From: Adineta vaga
Taxonomy: Eukaryota; Animalia; Rotifera
DNA length: 64,000 nucleotides
Direction of reading: 5' to 3'
Assembly: GCA_021613535.1 (NCBI GenBank)
Contig: CP075492.1
Location: forward strand, 12,710,001 to 12,774,000
The stretch's first letter is position 1; every line of letters starts with the position of its first letter. This document shows positions 12,265-23,572 of this stretch, piece by piece. Position numbers and translations under genes: made by a program. Under the pieces are notes generated by a model that did no database searches, was not told the DNA's origin, and worked only from the letters and a program-made list of their open reading frames with translations.

Positions 12265-15200
12265 TCAGACATTTTTATCACTCTCCTCTTTAGTTATAGT
12301 TTGTGATGATGGTGATGATATTAAAGCAGTTGTATAATTAGCAGTTGATGCCGAAGTATTGTTATTATTATTAGTATTCGTACAACAAGGTGTTGGACAA
12401 CGTGATGATAAGAAATTTTGATGTTGACCACTAGTAGCAGCAAAATCACAATGATCTAACATTTTTAATAAATCAGCTGCAGATGGACCACCATGATGAT
12501 GATGAGAAGATGATGAAATAGAGTTTAATTCAGTATTTGAACAAAGTTCAATCGCAGTTGTCAAATCAAATAGTTGAATAGAGCCTTTGAAGAAAAAGTT
12601 GGCATCAATTTTTATTTCTTCGAAAGTATTGAAACAAACCATTGTCATGACCAGTGAAAATAAATCGACGAGGACGTGTACTTAATCGTGATGGTCCTTC
12701 ACATTCATGAATTGTAAAACAACTGATTGGTGAACTATCTACCGAACGAACAACAGCAACTCGTTTACCTTAACAGATAAGAAAATAAAACGTGATATTT
12801 AAAAGGCGAAAATAATACCTGTTGAACAAAATCTGACATAGATTTGATTTGTTTCAAATGGAACTACTTTTTGAACAAAAACTTGTTGATCATCACGATC
12901 ACCATATGGTCCTAAATAAAGTTTATATATTTTTCCGAAACATTATTTCAGTTCTTCGTTCATACCAATGTCCTAAAATAGAAGAAATAGAGAATATAAT
13001 ACAAAAAGAATACTATTTTACTTACATTGCCAGCAGTATAACTAGTGATTGATCGCGCTGGTTCTAGTGATACAATACGATAGGAAGAAAGTGGAGTAGA
13101 TCCTATAGAAAAATTCATAGTGAGAAGTAAGAAAAATTTATATTATCAAACCTGGTTGTGTGGAAATCATGCCACGAAAACGAGTAACATTCCATGTACG
13201 AACATGATTATTCGATGCACATACACTTAAACAAAAATAAATGTTTGATTTAAACAGTATAAGAGAATAAACTTACCTGATTAAGTGTCGTTCGGAAAGC
13301 ATAATCTTCAAGAGAAAAATGATTGTAAGCATAGATTTGTTTCGTATCATCTTACCTTTGTGACTGGACTGCGATGAACACAGAATGTTTGGAATAATTG
13401 AGGGCTAAATATAAATCAGTATTAACAAACAAGTAACAGGCCATTCTATGTAAAGAATTTTAAGAGAAGATCAATACATTTTTTTCTTGAAAGTCTCTGA
13501 TCTTTGATTATCATAAGTCGCATTTGAAAGGGGAATCTACTAAATGATATCTATGCAAATCAATAATCGAACTTTAATTACCCATGACCAACAGTTTCTG
13601 GATGTTGTACTACAATTCGAATAATACCAGAACTTGTTCCATACGCTATTTCAATCCTAATCAACAAAAAGAAAAATATATATCGTCATTTTACATATTT
13701 CGTTCATCTTATTACCAATTGCCAGTTACACTTGTCTTCGGTGTTAAATAAACACTCAATGCAGTAATAGATTCACCAGCTGGATCTCTGTATTAGGAGA
13801 ACAAAATTATTCCTTTCAATCATAATACGAAAAATGTTTACTTGAATATTTCAGTAATTAATAAATCATTATCTTTCATTCTTAAAGGAAATTTTTGCAT
13901 ATCAAAATAATAAATTGATCCTGTTTCACTACCAAGTAATAGAAATGTTCCAGCCTAGAATATTCAAAATTTCCTCTTCCATTCATTTGATCATTCCCAA
14001 TGATGATGAAAAGAAAATACTTACAGTATCAAAACTTAATATTCGTGTTAATTCTTGTGTTTGCCATTGTTGAGAAAGTGAATGCCATACGCCAACTTTT
14101 CTTTCGTCACCTGTTGCGACTAATTGTGAATTAATAAAAAATAAATTGTCAACTGGTCCACCAAATGCAAATGTGCCAATAAGTGTATGAATTGATGCAT
14201 CAACAATATTCCAAAGTCGAACATTTGTTCGAACAACAATAGCTAAGAGTTTCGATTCTCGAAGATTGAAATTGGTTTCTGGTGATTGTTGATTAGCTGC
14301 TGCTGCAGCTGCTGTTGATGATGATGAACGAGATGTTATCGCTAAACGATAAATATCATCGGATTGAACTTCCGATTCAAACATTAGTTGCCAACCACTT
14401 GTATCTTTCATTTTATAACACATGACAACTAAAGAAGCAAATTAGACATTTCTTTGTAGAATAAAGATTCGTTTTTTTTTGTCGTTCGTACCATTGTTTG
14501 AATAAGCAGCACTAATCCAGTTATGATGTCCAGCAAGAAGAATAACACTTGCTGCGGAAGAATTTGATATGGGAGGATGATTATCGATAAAAGCACCAGT
14601 TGATTTCTGACGTAAATGAGATGAAGACGGATTTGATTGATGAGTTGCCCAAAGAACAGAATCAGTTGAAGATGCACGTGAATGTCCACGACTTACGCTT
14701 GGTGCCGATGGAATTGCAGAACTAAAGTCTGTTGTTGATGATGCTCTGCAAAACAAATGAAATAACTAGCTAGCTAACAATAATCCTATTGGATTATAAA
14801 TATTACCGAAAATCACCAATTTGTGATGCACTACGATTCAATGTTTGTAGCATCATATTATTTAATCGTAATGCTGAACCCGGTCGAACAAGGTTTGTTG
14901 GTTGACAGATCGGTGGTTGATATACAATTGCTTGTGGTAATGGAACTTGTGTTGATTCAAATGAAATTGGCGTATTCACTGAATGTGGAGGATTAATATA
15001 TCCATTAAAAAGTACATCGCCACATTGACTATGTTCAAGATCTTCACATAATTGTAAACGACGAATTAATGGTTGAACGCCATAGAATTCACATTCATGT
15101 TTTAACATATGAAGATCACAACCATTGATATCTAAATAAATGGATCAAATCGTAGAGAAGAAAATAATTCAATCTTACCAAGTTCTTTTGTTCGTAGATA

Positions 15201-15395
15201 ATTTAAAATAATTGAAAATAATTTCGGATCACGATCGATAAAAATTGCTCCTTGTTCATCTCGATTTGTTGATATGAGACCATTGAGCATAGCAGTAAAA
15301 AACGAATCCGATATCCATGTTAATGTTTGTCGACTGGTAGAAAAACGTTGACCACCAACATTTAAATTAATAATATCTGCTGTTTGATGTGGCAT
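12265..15395 (-). CDS. KCTD3: KCTD3/SHKBP1 BTB-WD40 protein
   Basis: [21 protein letters not shown]...[10 protein letters not shown]; [66 protein letters not shown]. Confidence 0.92.
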
Positions 15396-15450
15396 GAATT
15401 CTATCTTTCTAATCTATTTAAAACATCTGAAAAAATAAAAATAGAGTCTT

Positions 15451-16552
15451 TTAATAATTATTAATTAATGATAACCATTCTTCATTCGCTTCTGAACATT
15501 CGTTTGTCTCATTTTCATTTATACGAAATTGAAATGGTTCATAACCTAAGAGAATAGATCGATCATTTAACCATGAAAATAATCCTGTTCCTGCAAATTC
15601 TGCTAATGGATTAACTTCACAAATATAAACTTGATATTTATTGCTCGAATTCTCAACTAAAATCAAGTCTAAAACACAATTTTCATACGGAATTCGTTCA
15701 AGAAGATTTTCTATTCTGAAGAAATTGTCAATCGTTTCTAAAATCAATGTCTTCTGTTCGATTAAAACTCTATCTACGATATATTCATTATATTGAGTGA
15801 GAGCAGTGAATTTACGTTTGTGAATAAAGGCACGAAATTCACTTTTTAAATGTCGTCGATCGAGAAGAAATTCACGGAGAATCAAATTTAACGATAAAGA
15901 TGATTTAAGATCATCTTGAATACGTTCACTTGCGAGAAGAAGTTGAACTGCGTGGAAACCATCATGAATAGCAAGAATACGAATAGTTGCTTCATCAAGC
16001 GCAATTAGTTTTTGATTCCGTTCTAGAATGAATGAATTCAATATTAAATTGTAGAGAAAACATTAGTAACATACCAGATGTATTATCAGATTTTAATGTG
16101 TTTAATACTTGTTGAAATAGTTGTTTGAATTTATTTCTATTCAATAATAAAACTGCATCTTTTGGACTTCTTGTTGATAAACGTACAAACATCGGTCGTT
16201 TTATATCACATTTATCGATTGTATTAGCTAATTCTAATAAATCAGGATATTTCTGAAAACATTCTTTTGTTTTTTCATCATCATCATCATCATTAGTAGT
16301 AGTAGTAGATGAAAGACTCTTAAAGAATTCATGACCATTTCGAAGTGCAATGATTTGATTTTCATTCATTGATACAATTGTTGATGGAAATGTCCACTGT
16401 TTGATAGAGTCATAATAACGTTCGAATTGTGTTTCATCCATCATTTTTCGATATGTTTCACTATCAGGACATAGAAGTTGTTCTTGAATTTTTTCTTTTG
16501 GTTTATTCGTTGAACGTAATCGAACGGATTTCAATTGATCAGCCAAAGACAT
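15451..16552 (-). CDS. Cdc123-like (R2K clade) ATP-grasp protein with N-terminal WH2-like motif
   Basis: FVRLSTRSPKDA, SERIQDDL, EFRAFIH..FTALTQY, ICEVNP..GTGLFSW; one intron 16023-16074. Confidence 0.8.
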
Positions 16553-16558
16553 TTTTAT

Positions 16559-18170
16559 CTAAAAAAAATTAGATAGTACAAGACAAGAATTCGTGCCACC
16601 AAAGCCAAAAGAATTCTTTAAAGCAAGACGTTTTTTACTATTCCATGATGATGATTGATCTTCAGAAATAATACTTATCGATGGTGAATCTTCTGAAGTA
16701 TCTTCGTTATTTTTATAATTTAATGTTGATGGACATCGAGCATGATAGCAAGCAAGAATAGTAAAAAGTGATTCGAGTGCACCAGCAGCACCAAGTAAAT
16801 GACCAGTATGACCTTTCGTACTTGAAACTAAAACATTGTTACTAGTCGATTGAAATAATTGTGAAATCATTTGACGTTCAATACGATCACCAATTGGAGT
16901 TCTATAACAAACAATAGGAGAATACGAAAATGTGAGAATATTTAATTTGCAAGTAACTAATAGTAGTATAATTGAAGAACGGATGTTTTCTAGGATACTG
17001 TAATGATTTGTGAATATTTCCTGTTATCTTACTCATATGCAAAGTCTGATCATATCATACTTACGACGTAGCATGAGCATTGACATAACCAATATCTTTT
17101 GCATTTACACCAGCATTATTCAAAGCATTTTTCATACAATTCAATGCGCCTATTCCACTTGGATTTGTAATATGACTTGCATCTGAACTTAGACCATATC
17201 CAAGTATTTCACCAAAAATCTTCGCTCCTCGTTTTTCAGCACATTCCAATCGTTCCAAAACAAGAATTGCAGCTCCTTCACCCATGACAAAACCATCTCG
17301 TTTTTGACTACATCAAATCCTCGAACTTTTCGAAAAAAAACAATAGAACTTCAAATTAACTTACGCAAATGGTCGCGATGCTAGTTTTGGTTGTTCGTTG
17401 AATGATGTAGAAAGCGCACGCATTCTCGCAAAACCTGAAATCGATATTGGATTGATTGTTGCTTCAGTACCACCACTGACCATAGCATCAGCATGACCCA
17501 ATCGAATCATATTATAGGCATCACCAATAGCTTGAACACCTGCTGCACACGCTGAACTATTGCAAAGCTAGAAACGAAAATTATTTCATACCTATTTGCA
17601 CGAAAGAACTTACATTAGGTCCTTGTAATTTATTTCGAATTGAAACATGTCCTGCAGATGAATTTGGTAAAACTTGTGTAATATAAAATGGACTCATGCC
17701 ACGATATGTTCCTTTTGTTTTCATTTGTTCCCACATTGAACATGTATTTGCTAAACCAGCCATACCATTTCCAATAGAAACACCAATTCGCGTTCGATCA
17801 TTTGCATCATTAAGTATCTAGAAACTATTTCGTCGATATTTTTCCAAAACAAAACAGAAATATTTACTTGACTTTGTTCAAGTGCTTCTTGTGCAGCAAT
17901 AATCGCAAATGCACTCGCTATTGACATTGATTTCAAATCTGACATACGTGTAAAATATTTTGAAAAATTCAGTGCACCAACTTCATCTTCATTATCTGAA
18001 CTTAATGGAACTCGACCAGCGACTTGACAAGGAATTCCTGCATATTCTTCTCCATTAAGTGAGGTAATACCTGATTCATTATTTAATAAACGTCGCCAGT
18101 TGAATTCTACACCAACTCCTAATGGTGATACAGCACCTAAACCAGTAATTACCACTCGACTAATACTCAT
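16559..18170 (-). CDS. OXSM: 3-oxoacyl-ACP synthase (FabF/OXSM, mitochondrial FAS II type)
   Basis: [21 protein letters not shown] catalytic Cys, [30 protein letters not shown]; multi-exon. Confidence 0.92.
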
Positions 18171-18232
18171 ATATCTAAAAATATTATGAAAAATTTTGAA
18201 AAAGAACAACAAGTTATCATTATCTGACGAAA

Positions 18233-19084
18233 TCATTTCGAGATATTAGTAGGACGATGATCACACCACGGTGTTAAGTTATAGTTACATTCAATATTTA
18301 CATCTAACATATTATATTCCACTCCGGTTTTAGTCTTTTGAATTGTTTTATTAATTATAGTATATTTAGTTGTGTTAAATCCCATTTCGGGATAGATTTT
18401 TCTACCAGCTACTTTCTGTTGACCATATTTGGCATAATCACGTTTATGTACATGTTTATCATGAATATGAGTAAATGTATTGGAAGAATTTGTCGATAAG
18501 TTATATGGACGATAAATTTTCATTCCGGCAAGTTTCATTCGAGCATATAAATTGTCATCTTCTCTACCCCAACCCCAATATAACGGTGACATACCATTGA
18601 CACGTTCAAAATCTTTACATGTAATCATTAAAATTCCACCAACATAAGTCGAATAATTATACAATGGATGATATTTTGGTGATGCTAAATGTACAGGACC
18701 TTTTTCAGGATAATCATATCGTAATTCTCGATAATTCAATGGAAGAAGATCGATATCATGCATAACAATATAATCAACAACTGTTCGAGATTCAATAAAA
18801 CCAATATTAATCAAAGCAGCTCGATTAAATCGATGTGTATCACTTTGATTAATAATCATAAATATATGATCAATAGCTTGTACATGAAGATATGCATTCA
18901 TATGAGGTAAAAATTGTTCTAATTCACTTGAACGGTTTCGAAATGGAACAATAACAGCTAATCGATGTTTCGGTATGGTATTTGTTTCATTCGTTTCTAT
19001 TTTTGATGAATACCAAAATGAGATGAGAAAGAATAATACACAATAAAGAATACCAATTCGAATTACAACACGAATTTTGAACAT
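18233..19084 (-). CDS. B4GALT7: xylosylprotein beta-1,4-galactosyltransferase 7
   Basis: type II TM, HRLAVIVPFR, FNRAALINIG, MHDIDLLP, YWGWGREDD, C..NLTPWC; intronless. Confidence 0.93.
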   Translation of the reverse strand: MFKIRVVIRIGILYCVLFFLISFWYSSKIETNETNTIPKHRLAVIVPFRNRSSELEQFLPHMNAYLHVQAIDHIFMIINQSDTHRFNRAALINIGFIESRTVVDYIVMHDIDLLPLNYRELRYDYPEKGPVHLASPKYHPLYNYSTYVGGILMITCKDFERVNGMSPLYWGWGREDDNLYARMKLAGMKIYRPYNLSTNSSNTFTHIHDKHVHKRDYAKYGQQKVAGRKIYPEMGFNTTKYTIINKTIQKTKTGVEYNMLDVNIECNYNLTPWCDHRPTNISK

Positions 19085-19463
19085 ATCATAGTATTTAATT
19101 GAAAAACAAATATTATATTATATACATCGAAAAGGAATGAATCAATTGAAAAGAATAAATTCGATCAACGAATAGAAATTCATCATCGACCTTTACAAAG
19201 ATTATCTTTCTCCTGACATCTGTTTTTTTTTTCATTCTTTCATATCTTTTTATCATTTGTTACCAATCAGTATTTTCTTTTTGATTAGAATTTCAAATAA
19301 AACAAAAAAGATTTTTCGACAATATTCATCGATGAATCATTCCGTTTCAACTTTCTCTATTGCGTTGCGTGCGTGCGTAGATAGATATACATCACTGTTT
19401 GCAAATGAAATGTTTGCATTGAATATAGTTTACTTTTCAGTTTTAGATCATAAGTCGAAAATA
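19085..19463. promoter_or_regulatory. putative bidirectional promoter between B4GALT7 and TFIIS
   Basis: 379-nt head-to-head interval at the 5' end of the nine-gene minus-strand run; position only. Confidence 0.45.
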
Positions 19464-20731
19464 ATGACTGAAGAAGAAATTGGAAAGATAAATCGAAAGT
19501 TACAAAGAATGATCGATAAATCAGAATTTGTAAGTTGAAACAGTTGATTCATTCATAAAAGTTTCGCTTCTTCTTCTATATGTCTTTAGGATGAATCAGT
19601 TGCTCGAGATTTATTAACACGTTTACAAGAATCACGTATTACATTGAGTATTCTACAAAAAACTGGTATTGGGAAAACGGTGAATAATTTACGACGACTT
19701 ATTGCTAATGAAGATCTATCAACGACAGCAAAAAGTCTTTTAAAAAATTGGAAAAAACTTGTACCTGGTTCGTACAATTGTTTTCTTGTAATGAAACAAT
19801 AATTGTCGATTATTTTTTCTTTGCAGATTCACCATCTACACCGTTAACTAAAGAAGAAAAACAAACGACACCAACAAATAGTTACAATAGTCAATTATCA
19901 CAAGAATCCAATTCCAGCTCAGGAAAAACGATTGAAACGAGTAAATCAATTGAACGACAAATATCGCAACCTACATCAAGTAGTATTACAGCATCACATA
20001 CATCGGATCAAGTTAGGTATGTTTAAAATGAAAATTGATTCTTCCTTCGAATATAAAATTTCTTTTGTTTTAGATTAAAATCTCGTGAACTTATTGCTGC
20101 TGCATTTTCACTTTTGGAACTTCCAGAAGGATCATCAGATCCAGTTGAATTAGCTGCACGTGTTGAAGATGCTATTTTCAAAGAATTGAAAGATACGGGT
20201 AATAAATATCGAAATCGTATTCGTAGTCGAATATCAAATTTAAAAGATCCAAAAAATCCCAAACTTCGTATAAATGCACTTCTTGGAATTATTACACCAG
20301 AACGATTAGCTGTATTGACTGCTGAAGTATGTTCTATATTCGATTGTTTGTCTTCAGTTTTAAACCTTTCGTTTACAAGGAAATGGCAAGTGATGCATTA
20401 AAAGAAGAACGTTCGAAATTGAATGAAAGTGCAATTAATGAACATCAACTTGCTATGGATGAAGGAACTGGTACTGATCTTATTCAATGTGGAAGGTGAG
20501 TTCTTTTCGAACGTTGTTTGTTTTCTACGAAAAGAAAAATATCTATTTGTAGATGTAAACAAAACAATTGTGCATATACAGAAGCTCAAACGCGTAGTGC
20601 AGATGAACCTATGACATTGTTTGTATTTTGTAAAAGTTGTGGTCATCGATGGAAGGTAAAACAAACTGTCTCATTCACTAGAATTTCTTCTCTACTTTTT
20701 AACATTGATCTTCTCTTCTTCGTAGATGTAA
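19464..20731 (+). CDS. TCEA1: transcription elongation factor TFIIS
   Basis: [26 protein letters not shown], Zn ribbon [17 protein letters not shown]; last coding exon ATG TAA at 20726-20731. Confidence 0.95.
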
Positions 20732-20986
20732 ATGAGGATAACTGATAGGAAAACTGTGAAACATGGTAAGTATACATGTGAATAATCGAATGAGTTTTAA
20801 TTGAAATGATGTGTCTATTTTTAGGTCAATTATTGTACAACGATTGCATTTGTCATCGTATTAGCTTACTTTTGTTATGAAAAAAATCAATTCTATTATA
20901 TTTACATTTTTGTAACAATAAAAAGAAAGATTTTTCTTGTTATTTCAGATATATTTTAATCATTTTCAGTTTTCTTATTGATATCA

Positions 20987-21940
20987 ATGGCCGGTGGAAC
21001 AAGTAATAAATCAGCATCACAATTGATGGCTGAAGCAAATAAAAAAGCGAAAACAGCTGGTGGATTTTTTAATCGTATTATGGGCGCAGGTAGTACGGCT
21101 ACTGAAGATGCTCGTTCACTCTATGTTCAAGCTGGTAATGCTGGAAAAGCTGAAGGTGATTATCCAACATCTGTCGAAGCATATAAACGTGCATTAGATT
21201 TGAGTAGTGAAGATTACGAAAGAGCTCAAATGTATGAAGCAATTGCATCTTCATATAAAATGTTTGATATACCACAAGCGATTGCACCATTGACTCGTGC
21301 TGCCGAAATGCATATGTCACAAGGTAAATGGACAATGGCTGCTCAAACATTGGAAAAAGTTGCCGAATTATACGAACAATTGAATGATCTTGATAATATG
21401 ATGAAATGTTTGAAAGAAGCTCATCGATTTTTAAAACAAGAAGGACAAAAAGCAGGTGCTAATCGAGTACAAAAGAAAATGGCTGAAACACTTGCATTGC
21501 AACATGAATACATGCGAGCACAACAAGAATATGAAGAAATGGCCGATAAGACAAAAGATGATGCATTATTAAAATATGGTGCTAAAGATTTCTGGTTAAG
21601 GTAAGTCAATTAATCTTTCTTTCTTTCTTTCTTTCCAAATCTTCTTATCTATTGTTTCAATAATTGATATAGAGCAACAATGTGTGCATTATGTATTGAT
21701 GTTGAAAATGCCAATACTGCATTGAACCGTTATTTAAGTGATAATCCATTATTTGAAGAACGTGCATTAGAAGTGAAATTACTTCGACAATTGATTGCTG
21801 CTGTTGAAGAACAAAATAAAGAATTATTTTTAAAACACATCGATGACACACCCTTATCGCCATTACGTTCAGATCGTGTCTTTCGTTCTTTAGCAGATGA
21901 TATCGGCAAGAAAATCAACGGTGATGTTGATCTTAAATAG
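20987..21940 (+). CDS. NAPA: alpha-SNAP-like NSF attachment protein (divergent)
   Basis: LMAEANKK..GFF, LLKYGAKDF, C-terminal DLK; one intron after WLR. Confidence 0.8.
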
Positions 21941-22605
21941 ATAGAAACGATATTGAACTAAATCAATCTAAGTATTCTTTTCTTTTTTTTCAACGGATTT
22001 GTGTGCGTGTGTGTGTGTGTGTGCAATAGAAACGATTACATAACAATCTAAGACATTTCTTTATCATCATCGTTTATTTATTTACAAATTTTGTCTTTCT
22101 TTTTGTTTTCTTTTTTCTATGTATAAAGACAAAAAATCGGAATCGAAAAACCATTCCATGTTTTACGTTCATCATTAGTGTGTGTCATTTTCGTTTGTCT
22201 TCTGTTGATTTATCACTCATACACTTTTTTCTATTCAATAAATTACAAACTGGAAAAATGATCAATAGTAGAATGGCTTAATTGGAAAAAAAACATTCGT
22301 TCATTTTCTTCGCTTGGTACTTACACTCTAAACATTACAAATCACTGATACATCAAAATCACATATAGAAGATATAGTTGGAGAATGATTGTTAGAATAA
22401 AATTTCCATTGCTCTCACACGTTGCATTAGTTTGTATATATTTTTGTTATGTAAATCTTATTTGCTTTCTCTCTCTATTGTATTCCTAAATGATAAATTC
22501 AATCGTTCGATTCGCCCACAAATTATCTTAGAAAAAAATCCCATACGGTGCTTAGATCTTCTATTTTGACTATAAAAGTACGTATAAATTAGACAGTTAT
22601 CGACA

Positions 22606-23011
22606 TGATCCGTTCACATTATTTCTCGTCTATTCGATTGCGTATTTCGTATATCATTTACTCTTCACTTCGCTTTTTTTAATATCTTATCTATATAGCT
22701 CCTGCTTTTTTGATACACTCAAATCTCCATCATCTTATAATCGTTCGAGTATATTTTGAATTGATTGAGTATTGCGAGCGTTCAGATAAGAAATATGCTG
22801 TAAACAGTAGTTGGAACTATGCATCTCCTGATTGTCTCGATTGTCAATGTGTGAATTATGGATTAGAATGTTGTGCGTATGAAATAATCGATCAAAGAAT
22901 ACTATATTTTTACTCGTCGTCAAAAATTGAAAAATTCATATTTAAAACGTAAAAATCTTACCATCATAACATATTCAAAAAGATAAAGTAAAGAAAGAAT
23001 GTTCTTCATGA
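22606..23011 (+). pseudogene. beta-microseminoprotein (PSP94)-like Cys-rich gene, degraded
   Basis: TATAAAA at 22571; FTLFLVYSIA/SCFF signal-like start out of frame with the ATG; YCERSDKKYAVNSSW..PDCLDCQC...LECC follows the PSP94 Cys pattern; exon joins broken. Confidence 0.5.
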
Positions 23012-23572
23012 TTCATTATGAAACTATTTATCTCGTTGTTTTCATTTCGAAATAAAATTATAGTTATCAATATTTCAAAGTCTTTTATTCTTAATAGTAT
23101 TAAGAGAGAATGAGAAAAGTGAACCTTTTACCATCCATCAACAATAATGATGACATAAGAGGTATAGAACATACAAGCGATTACGGACGAACAAAAGCGA
23201 AGAAAAATAAGATTGTATGATACTATAATTATCCCTAGATATGGCCAGCGTTTCACTTGTGCTGAGTGGCCATGATGCTAACAATAGAATTGTAGGAGTA
23301 GTATTACCAAATTTTTCTCTTTCTTTCTTTCTTTTCTTCTTTCTTCGAGATGATTAACTCGATACAATAGTTTGCCAAAGTACTGATAGAAAGGAAAAGA
23401 GAAAATACCAGTCATGTCAGTTATCCTGGCATTCTCATGTCGACATGCATATGTATGTATACATGTCTATCAAATAGTGCTATTAGTAGCAAATTGAACT
23501 CGTTCTAGCCGTTAACAAAGATTGATTTTGACGAACAATTCTATTCTTACTCGTTATTATACATCATTCAAT

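Noticed and set aside
18233-18236. ATGA stop/start overlap between B4GALT7 and the long OXSM ORF, suggesting bacterial-style translational coupling
   Set aside because: The extra 22 codons are the T-rich intergenic/acceptor tract; homology begins at [10 protein letters not shown] (18170), just after a TTTTTAG acceptor
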